A DNA stretch of 64,000 nucleotides from Candidatus Bathyarchaeia archaeon (GTDB taxonomy: Archaea > Thermoproteota > Bathyarchaeia > Bathyarchaeales > Bathycorpusculaceae): positions 69,906 through 133,905 of the forward strand of contig JBMFOB010000001.1 of the NCBI GenBank assembly GCA_049969855.1, in the 5' to 3' direction. Made by a program: the position numbers and the translations under genes. The stretch's first letter is position 1. The number at the start of each line of letters is the position of its first letter. The notes under the pieces are model-generated. The model saw nothing but the letters and a program-made list of their open reading frames with translations. It had not been told where the DNA came from and did no database searches. Shown in pieces: positions 46,647-56,197 of the stretch.

Positions 46647-47183
46647 TTAACTTATGTGACTCTTGTTTAGCGGTTTCCTTTTCAATTCTGTGCCGCATAT
46701 TTTGCATTTTTTTGATTTATAGTCTGCTGGGTATTTTCTGTGACATGCTGGGCAATATCTAACCCATTTTAATTGGAAGCGGATGCCGAAAGTGGCTAGA
46801 GATGTGAATTCTATGCCCATTAGGTTTGCGATGTTTTGTATTGAGTAGTCATCTGTCGCTATTAATGGAGAGTAACCGTTCATTTTGAGCTGTAGGGCTA
46901 ATGCCAAGACTTGAATGTCGGTTTCTGATAAGACGTAAGTTTCCCCGGCGGTTGTCGCTGTTGCCTTAACCCTTTCGAGGAATGTTACATCTGGTTTTCT
47001 GATTTTTAGCTTTCCACTTTCTATGGCTGTTTTGAATCTAACCCAAGGCATGGTTCCCTCTATTATTTCCTCTTTAACCATTGGAACAGTGTACTGAGTT
47101 TCGCTTATGAAAGATGGGTCTAATCCAACTACGAAGGCTGACGTGTCTAATAATATGACTCTTCTGCCTGTTTTATTCGTTAG
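46647..47183 (-). CDS. nob1: Nob1 PIN-domain rRNA maturation endonuclease
   Basis: Open frame extends upstream of the track ORF to RVILLDTSAF; LSETD, TDDYSIQN, CPAC...CKICG; no canonical start codon. Confidence 0.88.
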   Translation of the reverse strand, partial: LTNKTGRRVILLDTSAFVVGLDPSFISETQYTVPMVKEEIIEGTMPWVRFKTAIESGKLKIRKPDVTFLERVKATATTAGETYVLSETDIQVLALALQLKMNGYSPLIATDDYSIQNIANLMGIEFTSLATFGIRFQLKWVRYCPACHRKYPADYKSKKCKICGTELKRKPLNKSHIS

Positions 47184-48037
47184 ACTTTGCCTCCGAGTCC
47201 TTTGAAAATGAGTCTGTTTCTTAAGCGGTTGTAGAAGTTTTCTCTAAAGCGTATGAAAGATGTCTCATACTTTGAGCGTGTTATGGTTAAGGTTGGAAGT
47301 TTAGACTTTAAAAGTTGACGATATTGCCCATCAATTAACACAAGCACTTTTCGCGGTCTCATAACTTCAACTGTTAGGTTTGAGTTTGCAGGAAAAACGA
47401 TTGAACGGAAAACACTTAAAGAACATATAGGCGTTAGAACAAACGCTTCCACATTTGGGTCTAAAACTGGTCCTCCAGCGGAAAGCGAATATCCTGTTGA
47501 ACCTGTTTGTGTGGACACCATTAAACCGTCTGATTGGCAGTTTAGAATTGGTTCCTCGTCTTTGAATATTCGTGTGTATATTATTTTTGCCGGCTCGTCA
47601 GCCAATACCAATACTTCATTCAAGGCGTCTGGAAACTTTGCGCCGTTGACTTTTGTTGAAAGTTTCATGCACTTTTCAATAGTGAATTCCCCTTTCAAGC
47701 ATTTATCCACTGCAGTTAGCGCATCTTTCGGCTCCACCTCTGTTAGGAATCCTCTGACACCCATGTTTATTGTGAGTATTGGCGGTTCTGGTTTCGGAAT
47801 GGAGACGCATGTTCTTAAGAGGGTTCCATCCCCGCCGATTGTTATTATGACGTCTGTTTTCATTTTCTCTAAGGGAATGCTCTTTGCTTCTGTCTTCATT
47901 TTCTCCGCTAAAGTGTCTTCAACGTATACTTCTAATCCCTTTGCCCGCAAATATTCTGTCAAATCTTCTGCAAGTTTTATGGCTTTTCTTTTGTCAAAGC
48001 GGGCGACGAGACCGACGCTTTTAAACACTTTCTTCAC
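47180..48037 (-). CDS. nadK: NAD kinase
   Basis: GGDGT, GFLT, LNE, DG..VST.TGSTGYSLSAGG. Confidence 0.94.
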   Translation of the reverse strand: MKKVFKSVGLVARFDKRKAIKLAEDLTEYLRAKGLEVYVEDTLAEKMKTEAKSIPLEKMKTDVIITIGGDGTLLRTCVSIPKPEPPILTINMGVRGFLTEVEPKDALTAVDKCLKGEFTIEKCMKLSTKVNGAKFPDALNEVLVLADEPAKIIYTRIFKDEEPILNCQSDGLMVSTQTGSTGYSLSAGGPVLDPNVEAFVLTPICSLSVFRSIVFPANSNLTVEVMRPRKVLVLIDGQYRQLLKSKLPTLTITRSKYETSFIRFRENFYNRLRNRLIFKGLGGKV

Positions 48038-48123
48038 CTTTTTAGTATTAGCGACACCTTAATCTATATATTAGTGTTGTTTAAAATTGCTGTGGATAAA
48101 AAAGCGTGATAAGTGGTGGGTGA

Positions 48124-48516
48124 ATGAGCAAACCCGTTGATGTTGGAAGCCTCCGAGTGGGCGGCTACATTATTGTTGATGGTGAACCATGCCACATAGT
48201 TGATATAACAAAATCAAAACCTGGAAAGCACGGTTCAGCAAAAGCAAGAATTGTAGCGGTAGGTATTTTCGACGGCGCAAAAAGAAGTCTCGTTAAACCA
48301 GTGGATGCCACCGCTGATGTGCCAATAATCGAGAAGAGAAGTGGTCAAATATTTGCTGTAACGCCTTCAAGTCTCCAAATAATGGATTTAGAAACTTACG
48401 AATATTTGGATGCTCCTTACCCAGAAGAGGAAGATTTGAAAGCAAAGCTTAGTCCAGGCGTTGAAGTTGAGTATTGGAGGATTCTGGGCAAAGTAAAGAT
48501 TGTCAGAACAAAATAG
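48124..48516 (+). CDS. eif5a: Translation factor aIF5A
   Basis: Hypusine motif SKPGKHGSAK. Confidence 0.96.
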   Translation: MSKPVDVGSLRVGGYIIVDGEPCHIVDITKSKPGKHGSAKARIVAVGIFDGAKRSLVKPVDATADVPIIEKRSGQIFAVTPSSLQIMDLETYEYLDAPYPEEEDLKAKLSPGVEVEYWRILGKVKIVRTK

Positions 48517-48524
48517 GGGCTATG

Positions 48525-48725
48525 CTAACTCCACCAGTCCCAGTTGAGCTTTTTGAAGCCTATGTAAAGGATTAGGAGGATTACCCCCCAGCTTAATGCG
48601 ATGCCAGCAATCTCCAATATTAATTCTTCACGAAGATAAGTGTAGCTTGACCATGCGCTTATTCCGCATAAACCAACTAATAGAAGAAGAAACATTGCGA
48701 AGTGAATTGCCTTTTCCGTCGTCAT
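48525..48725 (-). CDS. Small two-TM hypothetical protein
   Basis: Two hydrophobic helices; GAGGTG RBS upstream. Confidence 0.6.
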   Translation of the reverse strand: MTTEKAIHFAMFLLLLVGLCGISAWSSYTYLREELILEIAGIALSWGVILLILYIGFKKLNWDWWS

Positions 48726-48819
48726 CCATCCACCTCATCAAGTTGTTCTGGACTTTAGGTATTTTACTGTTAAAATAATTTTCCGTCAAAGCTTTATTTC
48801 CGGTTTCAGTAATATATGA

Positions 48820-48890
48820 TTGGAGCCGATGATGCAAGAAGAGCCGTCGGATTTGTGACGACGCTTGTAAACCCAGCGCTGAGGCTTCAA
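48820..48890 (+). ncRNA. Box C/D methylation guide sRNA
   Basis: Terminal stem TTGGAGCC/GGCTTCAA; C ATGATGC 48829, D' CGGA 48848, C' GTGACGA 48855, D CTGA 48879; guides complementary to conserved 23S sequences; TATA-like TTTATT ~25 nt upstream. Confidence 0.88.
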
Positions 48891-48892
48891 GG

Positions 48893-49342
48893 CTATTCTA
48901 CTGGAATGGGATATCCACGTTTTCGTGGCAAGCGAACTTCCAATATTCCTTTCTTGAAGCGGACCTCCATCTTATCCATGTCAACTGATACTGGAATGCG
49001 AGTGCTGCAGTGGAATGTTTGGAATTCGCCTTTGTAGTGTGTTATGCCAAAATCATCAAAACGTATTTTCCTTTTCAGTTTTGCTGTTATTTCTATGGTG
49101 TTTTTGTCTAATGGTTTAACTTTTATTGTGCTTTCCTCTGTGTAGGGCAAATCCACGGTCACTATCACTTCTGTTGGCGTTATCATTATATCTCGGAGCG
49201 GTTCCATAGTGCAAGTTTTTTGGTTCCAACTTGGTCTCTCAAGCAATCTTTCTCCCAATTCTTCAGTCCATTCTTCCAGATTTTCGAAGTATTCATCGAT
49301 TATGTCGAAGAATGAACGTTTCCTTTTCGTTGCCATAGCCAT
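48893..49342 (-). CDS. Small heat shock protein Hsp20
   Basis: Alpha-crystallin domain (VDLP, FKKGILEVRLP) and C-terminal IPV motif. Confidence 0.88.
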   Translation of the reverse strand: MAMATKRKRSFFDIIDEYFENLEEWTEELGERLLERPSWNQKTCTMEPLRDIMITPTEVIVTVDLPYTEESTIKVKPLDKNTIEITAKLKRKIRFDDFGITHYKGEFQTFHCSTRIPVSVDMDKMEVRFKKGILEVRLPRKRGYPIPVE

Positions 49343-49349
49343 TTCCTCC

Positions 49350-50096
49350 TTAAGATATGTATAGTGGAATGTCGTATTCCTGTGTTTTCTTCATTTTTGA
49401 CATCTCCTGTTGAGTTCGCCTCATAACATCCCTAGCCCTTAAGCGGATCTCCTCGCCCTTCTCTAACAGTTTTGAAACATCCACTTTTATTCCCGTTATG
49501 CTTGCTAATCCCTTTAGCACTTCTGCGGCAGCCTCTGGGTCTGGATAGTTTAGGAAGCATTGTGCAAGCAATGTTATGGCTGGTAAACCCATGTTGGCGC
49601 AGCGTTGAAGCATAATTGCTTGTGGGCCAACCATGTATCCTTCTTGCAGTATTTCTATTTCTTTCTCTTGAAGCATTTTCAGCATTTCTGGGCTCGAAGC
49701 GGCAGCAAAAACCTTCAATTCTTTTAAGTCTTGTCTTTCTTGTATGGGGATGCCGCTTAATGAAATCATCATTTTAACGTTTTTGCTTTTTCCCCAATCA
49801 ATTAAAGCATCCATTATTGGATAAATCACGTCTGCGGGTATGGCTGTTTCTGAAACGGCTAAAAGAATGTTGCGGTTTCCGAAAATTCTTATTGGCGAAT
49901 GCGGCAGTCCTTCATGCAAAACAATTAGGGGTGGCAACAGTTTCGAATCCATGTAAGCTACTTCTTCTATGTTTTCAAGCTCCGATATTAAATGTGAGGC
50001 AGCTATAACGCCGACTAATCCCACGTCTGGAAAACCAAAAAGCATAACAGCGCCTGATGGAATTTCCTTCTTTTCTATAATCTTAACTTCGCTCAA
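49350..50096 (-). CDS. PAC2 family proteasome assembly chaperone
   Basis: GFPDVGLVG, PDPEAA, acidic aromatic C-terminus. Confidence 0.88.
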   Translation of the reverse strand: MSEVKIIEKKEIPSGAVMLFGFPDVGLVGVIAASHLISELENIEEVAYMDSKLLPPLIVLHEGLPHSPIRIFGNRNILLAVSETAIPADVIYPIMDALIDWGKSKNVKMMISLSGIPIQERQDLKELKVFAAASSPEMLKMLQEKEIEILQEGYMVGPQAIMLQRCANMGLPAITLLAQCFLNYPDPEAAAEVLKGLASITGIKVDVSKLLEKGEEIRLRARDVMRRTQQEMSKMKKTQEYDIPLYIS

Positions 50097-50209
50097 ACTT
50101 ATCCCTACAACACTTCATTGAGGGGGCAGTGTAAAAAGTTTATGGAATCTAACCGTAAAGAAACGGAATATCTATTTAAGGATGTAGTCTGTTCTTAATT
50201 TGGAGAAAC

Positions 50210-51544
50210 ATGGCCTTAGAACGTCTAGGCTCTACACTTTACGAAGCTTTAAGAAAGATTTTCAGAGCATCCGTTGTAGACGAGGCTGCTGTTAAAGAGT
50301 TAGTTCGTGATGTGCAGCGGGCTTTGCTTCAAGCAGACGTTAATGTTCAACTTGTCCTTGACATATCAAAGCGAATAGAAGAAAGAGCCTTAAAAGAGCA
50401 GCTTCCTCCGGGCATCTCAAGACGGGAGCATGTGATAAAGGTTGTTTATGAAGAGCTAACCCGTTTCTTAGGAGAAAAACCAGTTCCAATAAAAGTGGAG
50501 CCTAAAAAGAAGTATACGATAATGCTTGTTGGCATTCAAGGCTCTGGCAAAACAACAGCCGCAGCAAAACTTGCCAGATACTTCCAAAAGAGAGGACTGA
50601 AACCAGCCTTAATATGTGCAGACACTTACCGCCCAGGAGCTTATGCGCAGCTTCAACAGTTAGCCAACAAAATAAACGTGCCATTATATGGCGAATCAAA
50701 CGCCAAAGACCCCGTCAAAATAGTCCTTCAAGGAATAAAACAATTTAATGATAAAGAAGTGATAATTATTGACACTGCTGGGCGTCACAAAGAAGAACAA
50801 GAACTTATCAAAGAAATGAAAATGCTTGAGAGAAGCATAAAGCCAGACGAAGTTATGTTGGTAATTGATGGAACAATAGGTCAACAAGCCATGGTTCAAG
50901 CAAAAGCCTTCAACGAAGCCACACCAATAGGCTCAATAATTGTAACAAAACTTGATGGTTCAGCCAGAGGCGGAGGCGCCCTTTCAGCCGTTGCAGCCAC
51001 TGGCGCACCAATAAAATTCATCAGTACAGGCGAAAAGATGGAGGACATGGAGCCTTTTGTGCCATCACGTTTTGTTGGCAGACTTTTAGGCATGGGCGAT
51101 TTGGAAACGCTTCTTGAAAAAGTGCGTGAAGCTGAGATAAAGGTTCCAGAAAAGAAGGCTAAGGCAATTTTAAGCGGCAAATTCACTTTAACGGATATGT
51201 ATGAACAGTTTGAAGCAATGAAAGGCATGGGTCCATTCAGAAAACTTTTGAAGATGCTTCCAGGCATGTCCTACGATATTCCCGAAGACGCCTTAAACAT
51301 GGCTGAAGACCGATTGGAAAAATGGCGAGTAATGATTCAATCGATGACACCTGAAGAAAGGGATGACCCCAAAAAATTCAATGCCTCAAGGGTGAGGCGA
51401 GTGGCAAGAGGCTCTGGAACAAGCGAAAAGGAAGTGAAAGAGCTCATAAAACAGTATTTTTTGATGCGCCGCATGTTGAAGAGTTTGCGTAGGAAAAAGA
51501 AGTTGCCGTTTTTTGGGAAAAAGTTGCCCTTAGATGTAGCTTAA
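50210..51544 (+). CDS. srp54: Signal recognition particle protein SRP54
   Basis: GIQGSGKTT, DTAGRH, TKLD, M domain with RVARGSG. Confidence 0.97.
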   Translation: MALERLGSTLYEALRKIFRASVVDEAAVKELVRDVQRALLQADVNVQLVLDISKRIEERALKEQLPPGISRREHVIKVVYEELTRFLGEKPVPIKVEPKKKYTIMLVGIQGSGKTTAAAKLARYFQKRGLKPALICADTYRPGAYAQLQQLANKINVPLYGESNAKDPVKIVLQGIKQFNDKEVIIIDTAGRHKEEQELIKEMKMLERSIKPDEVMLVIDGTIGQQAMVQAKAFNEATPIGSIIVTKLDGSARGGGALSAVAATGAPIKFISTGEKMEDMEPFVPSRFVGRLLGMGDLETLLEKVREAEIKVPEKKAKAILSGKFTLTDMYEQFEAMKGMGPFRKLLKMLPGMSYDIPEDALNMAEDRLEKWRVMIQSMTPEERDDPKKFNASRVRRVARGSGTSEKEVKELIKQYFLMRRMLKSLRRKKKLPFFGKKLPLDVA

Positions 51545-51572
51545 ACTTGGCGAGTATCCGAAGGATTGAATT

Positions 51573-52907
51573 ATGGACATTTTGGAAAAAGCGTTAGAAA
51601 TGCTTGAGAAACATCCTTTATGTGACCACTGTTTAGGGAGACAATTTGCCCTTCTTGGACACAATATTGAGAATGATGAGCGGGGAAGGGCGCTAAAACT
51701 AACCTTAACCCTTAAGGCGCATATGGCGTTTCTCTCAAAGGAAAAGAACGGCATAAAAATTCTGAAAATTCTTGCAACAAATGGATTCTCCAAGACGGCG
51801 GCGGAACTGCTGCAAAAAATGAAAAAGCGTATTCCAAGCAAAAGCATCCCGAAAATGTGCTTTTTATGCGAAGACAAATTCAAAAATCTTGATGAAATAG
51901 CGGAAAAAGCTCTCAAAGAGCTTAGTGGTTATGAATATAGTAGTTTTTTGGTGGGGATAGAATTGCCCGTTGCCGTGGAAGAGAGAGAAGACGAGTTTAG
52001 GGCTGAGTTCAATGTTTGTTATGGCGAAAACATGCGGAACGAGTTTGGAAGATTAATAGGGAAAAAAATTGCTGAGAGCATCGGAAAAACCGCTGATTAT
52101 AGGAAACCCGACATAGTCTTGCTCATTAACCCATTCACTGAAAAGGTGAGGCTTCAACCAAATCCTCTATACATTGCTGGTCGGTACAAAAAACTTGTTA
52201 GGGGAATACCTCAATCAAAATGGTTCTGTTCAAACTGTCATGGAAAGGGATGTGAAAAATGCAATTGGACTGGAAAAATGTACCCTGAATCGGTAGAAGA
52301 AATAATTGCAAAACCCTTCCTTGACGCCACCGACGGCGTTAAAGCATCATTTCATGCCTCTGGAAGAGAAGACATTGACGCTCGCATGCTCGGTAAAGGC
52401 AGACCCTTCATAATCCAAATTGCAAAGCCCAAAAAACGTTTTCTAGACCTTAAGAAAATGGAAGACATTGTTAACGCCTATGCAAAAGATAAGGTTGAAG
52501 TTTTCCATCTGCGTTTTGCGGACAAAGCTGCTGTTAGAAGGTTGAAAAAGGCGGAGTCTTCGCAAAAGGAATATCGCGTACTGGTTGAATTCGAAAGCAA
52601 GGTTTCATCTGAGGATTTGCGTTTTCTTGAAGAGAAATTGACAAATGTTATAGTTAGACAAAGAACGCCGCTGCGTGTTTTGCATAGGCGGGCGGATTTA
52701 ACACGGGAAAAGTACATATACGAGGTTAAAGTAAAGAAGTTGTCGCCTAAGAAGGTTGAAATGAAGATACGTTGCCAAGGAGGGCTGTACGTTAAAGAAT
52801 TGGTGACTGGAGATGATGGAAGGACAACACCCAACGTTTCAGAAATTCTCAAAAATAAAGCGAAGCCCATAAAGCTTGATGTTTTAGATGTAATTATGGA
52901 AGATTAG
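51573..52907 (+). CDS. pus10: tRNA pseudouridine(54/55) synthase Pus10
   Basis: CDHCLGR, SGREDIDARMLG, QRTP.RV, GGLYVKE. Confidence 0.95.
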   Translation: MDILEKALEMLEKHPLCDHCLGRQFALLGHNIENDERGRALKLTLTLKAHMAFLSKEKNGIKILKILATNGFSKTAAELLQKMKKRIPSKSIPKMCFLCEDKFKNLDEIAEKALKELSGYEYSSFLVGIELPVAVEEREDEFRAEFNVCYGENMRNEFGRLIGKKIAESIGKTADYRKPDIVLLINPFTEKVRLQPNPLYIAGRYKKLVRGIPQSKWFCSNCHGKGCEKCNWTGKMYPESVEEIIAKPFLDATDGVKASFHASGREDIDARMLGKGRPFIIQIAKPKKRFLDLKKMEDIVNAYAKDKVEVFHLRFADKAAVRRLKKAESSQKEYRVLVEFESKVSSEDLRFLEEKLTNVIVRQRTPLRVLHRRADLTREKYIYEVKVKKLSPKKVEMKIRCQGGLYVKELVTGDDGRTTPNVSEILKNKAKPIKLDVLDVIMED

Positions 52908-52918
52908 ATGGTGAGAAG

Positions 52919-53215
52919 ATGAAGAAGTCAAAGGGATATCGCACGAGAACACGGCGCCTTTTAAAAAAGGAACCCAGAGAGCGGGGCAAAATAAGGATAA
53001 GTAAGCTTCTGCATGAATATGCGCCCGGCAGCTCAGTTGTCATCAAAATAGACCCTAGCACACATAAGGGGATGCCTCACAAACGGTATCATGGGAAAAT
53101 TGGCAAAGTAATCGACAAGCGAGGGCGAAGCTACGTTGTAAGCGTTACTCAAGGAGATGCAGTTAAGGAAATTATAGTCAGACCCGAACATTTAGAACCC
53201 TATAAAAGTGATTGA
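52919..53215 (+). CDS. rpl21e: 50S ribosomal protein L21e
   Basis: KGMPHKRYHGK, RPEHL. Confidence 0.96.
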   Translation: MKKSKGYRTRTRRLLKKEPRERGKIRISKLLHEYAPGSSVVIKIDPSTHKGMPHKRYHGKIGKVIDKRGRSYVVSVTQGDAVKEIIVRPEHLEPYKSD

Positions 53216-53216
53216 A

Positions 53217-53555
53217 ATGTCAAAAAAGGATGCAGCAGAAAAGAAATTGACCCTTCCAGAAGTCAAAAAACTATTAGAATCTATAGGTGAAGAAAATTTA
53301 GACCAGTTCCAACGCCGCACATTTGATTATGTTTCCAAATTTTCTAAAGTGGATGCTGAAGCAGCTGAGCAACTCGTGGAAAAGCTTGTATCGGAATTTG
53401 GTTTAGATGAGGAAGAAGCTGTTTCAGTAGTTAACTGCATGCCAAAAAGCGTTGACGAATTAAGAGTTTTTCTTGCTGGTGGTCGTAAGATTATTGAAAC
53501 CTCCAAGTTAGAAGCCATAGTTAACCTTTTAAATGAACAGCGGAAATTGAAATAG
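53217..53555 (+). CDS. rpoF: RNA polymerase subunit F (Rpo4)
   Basis: HRDC-like NCMPKSVDELR; conserved synteny. Confidence 0.9.
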   Translation: MSKKDAAEKKLTLPEVKKLLESIGEENLDQFQRRTFDYVSKFSKVDAEAAEQLVEKLVSEFGLDEEEAVSVVNCMPKSVDELRVFLAGGRKIIETSKLEAIVNLLNEQRKLK

Positions 53556-53603
53556 CGTTTAACCACAATTTTTAAGCCGCCAAGAATAAAAATAAAGGCG
53601 AGT

Positions 53604-54173
53604 ATGATGGAGAAACGGTACGAGGAGTACGCCTACGTTCTAGATTTCCTTCCTCACGGCAGACCAGGAGTGAGAGTCTCTGGGAGGGCTGGTTATCGAG
53701 CGGGAGCCTTGGTTCAGTTGGTTGGTGAGGAGTTTTTCACCCTTTTGGAGGCGCTTGTAAAGGAGGGTGTGACGCTTAAGCCTTATGACCGCGTTTATGT
53801 TGGAAAGGATGCCCGCGAAGAAATCACGTACATTATTGGGCGAGTTAGCTATGAAGAGTTGACTGCAGCGGCGAGGATGGAGCTTCCTTCAGTGATTAGC
53901 CGAATAGTGTTGAATCGTGAACAGTGGTTTATCAACTTCTTTAACACTGCACGGGCTGTAACGCCGCGAATGCACGCTTTAGAACTGATTCCTGGAATTG
54001 GCAAGAAATACATGTGGCAAGTTATAAACGAACGTGAGAAAAAACCCTTTGAAAGTTTCGAAGATCTGCAAAAGCGAACCGAGCTACCAAACCCGGTTAA
54101 GTTGATCACTAAAAGGATTTTGGAAGAGTTGGCTGGCGAAAGCAAGTACAGGCTTTTTACGAGGGCACAATAG
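53604..54173 (+). CDS. DUF655 putative RNA-binding protein
   Basis: EEYAYVLDF, HALELIPGIGKK HhH motif. Confidence 0.92.
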   Translation: MMEKRYEEYAYVLDFLPHGRPGVRVSGRAGYRAGALVQLVGEEFFTLLEALVKEGVTLKPYDRVYVGKDAREEITYIIGRVSYEELTAAARMELPSVISRIVLNREQWFINFFNTARAVTPRMHALELIPGIGKKYMWQVINEREKKPFESFEDLQKRTELPNPVKLITKRILEELAGESKYRLFTRAQ

Positions 54174-54200
54174 TATAAGTGAGCGTTTTAACGGGATAAA

Positions 54201-55025
54201 ATGAGTCTTTTAGAAAGAACGAAGTTTCTGCTTCGAAAGCATCGAATATATCCGAAGAAAAGCTTGGGACAAAACTTTTTGGTTGACTCTTCAATTTTTC
54301 AGCTTTTAGCCCATCATTGTTCAATAAATGCTAAGGATGTTGTATTAGATATTGGTGCGGGACTTGGTTTTCTAACTCGCTTCTTAGCTGACGTATGTGA
54401 TAAGGTGGTGGCTGTGGAATCTGATAGGAAACTTGCGGAGGTTTTGCAAGGGCAACTTAGGGATTTGTCTAATGTGAAAATAATTTGGGGTGATGTGCTG
54501 AAAGTGGAGCTTCCACGTTTTAATAAAATTGTTTCAATTCCCCCCTACCATATTTCCTCGCCTTTGCTTTTGTGGCTTTTTGGCAAAGATTTTGATTGTG
54601 CAGTTTTTATTTTCCAAAAAGAGTTCGCTCAGCGTCTTTCTGCTTCTGTTGGAAGCGAAGATTATGGATGGTTGGCAGTTGTCGCATATTACTATGTGGA
54701 AGTTGAAATTTTAGATATCATACCGAAATGGATGTTTTATCCGCAGCCTGAAGTTGATTCTGTTGTTGTTCGCTTAAAACCGAAAAGGCCAAAACCTTTC
54801 ACCTTAAAAAACGAAACTTTTTTCAGGCAACTGGCGCAATCGCTTTTTACCCATCGCAATAAAAAAGTCAAAAATGCTGTTTCATCCTTCATAAAGGGGA
54901 CACGCGACACGACATCGGCGGAGGATGCGATTAAAATCGTTGAGGCTCTTCATTTCAATGATAAACGGGTATGGGAATTAGCCCCTGAAGATTTTGGAGC
55001 GTTAGCAAATGCCTTCGTTGGATAA
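54201..55025 (+). CDS. rsmA: 16S rRNA dimethyladenosine transferase
   Basis: LGQNFL, DIGAGLG, PPYHISS, QKEFA, P.PEVDS. Confidence 0.93.
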   Translation: MSLLERTKFLLRKHRIYPKKSLGQNFLVDSSIFQLLAHHCSINAKDVVLDIGAGLGFLTRFLADVCDKVVAVESDRKLAEVLQGQLRDLSNVKIIWGDVLKVELPRFNKIVSIPPYHISSPLLLWLFGKDFDCAVFIFQKEFAQRLSASVGSEDYGWLAVVAYYYVEVEILDIIPKWMFYPQPEVDSVVVRLKPKRPKPFTLKNETFFRQLAQSLFTHRNKKVKNAVSSFIKGTRDTTSAEDAIKIVEALHFNDKRVWELAPEDFGALANAFVG

Positions 55026-55623
55026 GAAGGTGTTTTTTGCAGATTATGTTTTTTATGTTTCTGAAAATGTTTACGAGCCAGCTGAGGATTCTTTCCTTTT
55101 TGCTGAGAATCTAATGGTTAGGGCTGGTGATTTTGTTCTCGACATGGGTACTGGTTGTGGTATATTGGGCATAGTTGCTGCAGAGAAAGCGTCTTATGTG
55201 GTTGCAGTTGACATAAACCCTTACGCTGTGTGCTGCGCTAAGGAAAACGCAAAACTGAACCATGTTATGGATAAAATGTTCTTTATAAGGGGAGACTTAT
55301 TTGCTTCGTTTAGAATTGGAGAAAAGTTTGATTTAATCCTCTTTAATGCGCCTTACTTACCTACAAAATATGGAAAAGCCGATTTCTGGATTGAAAGGGC
55401 TTGGGCTGGCGGATTTGGCGGAAGAGAAGTTATTGACCGTTTTATAAGTGAAGCACCGCGACATCTTAAACATAATGGGCGTATCCTTTTGATGCAATCA
55501 ACGCTCTGTAATGTTAATGAAACCTTGAAAAAGTTTGAAAGGAACGGACTAAAGGCAAGCGTTGTCGCGGAAAGGGCTTTGCCATTTTTTGAGACATTAT
55601 TTCTTTTGAAGGCGGAGCGTTAA
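55009..55623 (+). CDS. HemK2/MTQ2-family protein glutamine methyltransferase
   Basis: VYEPAEDS, DMGTGCG, FNAPYLP, GG..GR. Confidence 0.9.
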   Translation: MPSLDKKVFFADYVFYVSENVYEPAEDSFLFAENLMVRAGDFVLDMGTGCGILGIVAAEKASYVVAVDINPYAVCCAKENAKLNHVMDKMFFIRGDLFASFRIGEKFDLILFNAPYLPTKYGKADFWIERAWAGGFGGREVIDRFISEAPRHLKHNGRILLMQSTLCNVNETLKKFERNGLKASVVAERALPFFETLFLLKAER

Positions 55624-55645
55624 ATTAATCTGCTTATGTTCTCTA

Positions 55646-56020
55646 ATGTTGCTTGAGGAGAATTTGTTGAGTAGGCTTGTCGGTTATTGTGGAATAGTTT
55701 GTTCTGATTGTCCTGTTTTGATTGCCACGCAGAGAAATGATGATGCTGAAAGAAGACGGGTGGCTGAGCTTTTTACTAGGCAATATGGTAGGGAATACAA
55801 GCCGGAAGATATTAACTGTGATGGTTGTTTAAGCGGCAGTCCACGCATTTTCCATTACTGTAATGTTTGTGAAATAAGAAAGTGCGGAATGGAGAAGAAA
55901 GTTGAAAATTGTGGTTTCTGCGCAATTTATCCATGTGAGAAGCTTTCTAAGTTGTTTGCTGAATATTCTAAAGCAAAGGAAACCTTAGATGCGATAAGGC
56001 GTGAGTGTGGTATTTTTTAA
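55646..56020 (+). CDS. DUF3795 Cys-rich protein
   Basis: YCGIVCSDC, CDGC, CEIRKC, CGFC..YPC. Confidence 0.88.
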   Translation: MLLEENLLSRLVGYCGIVCSDCPVLIATQRNDDAERRRVAELFTRQYGREYKPEDINCDGCLSGSPRIFHYCNVCEIRKCGMEKKVENCGFCAIYPCEKLSKLFAEYSKAKETLDAIRRECGIF

Positions 56021-56197
56021 TTAGACGCTTTTCTGCAATTTTCATGTTGGTTTGGAGTTTTTCTTTTGCAATAGGGACCTAGCCCCTCTAGGTTTTTGTG
56101 CTGAGCTTTTGTTAATAATTGAATTATGCCTTTTACAGCAGACAAAATTGTGTTAAAAAGCTATATAACGAGAAAGTTTCAGTATTGCTAGAAAAGT

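Noticed and set aside
48816-49037. 73-aa plus-strand ORF
   Set aside because: Antisense to Hsp20 and better explained by the C/D sRNA.
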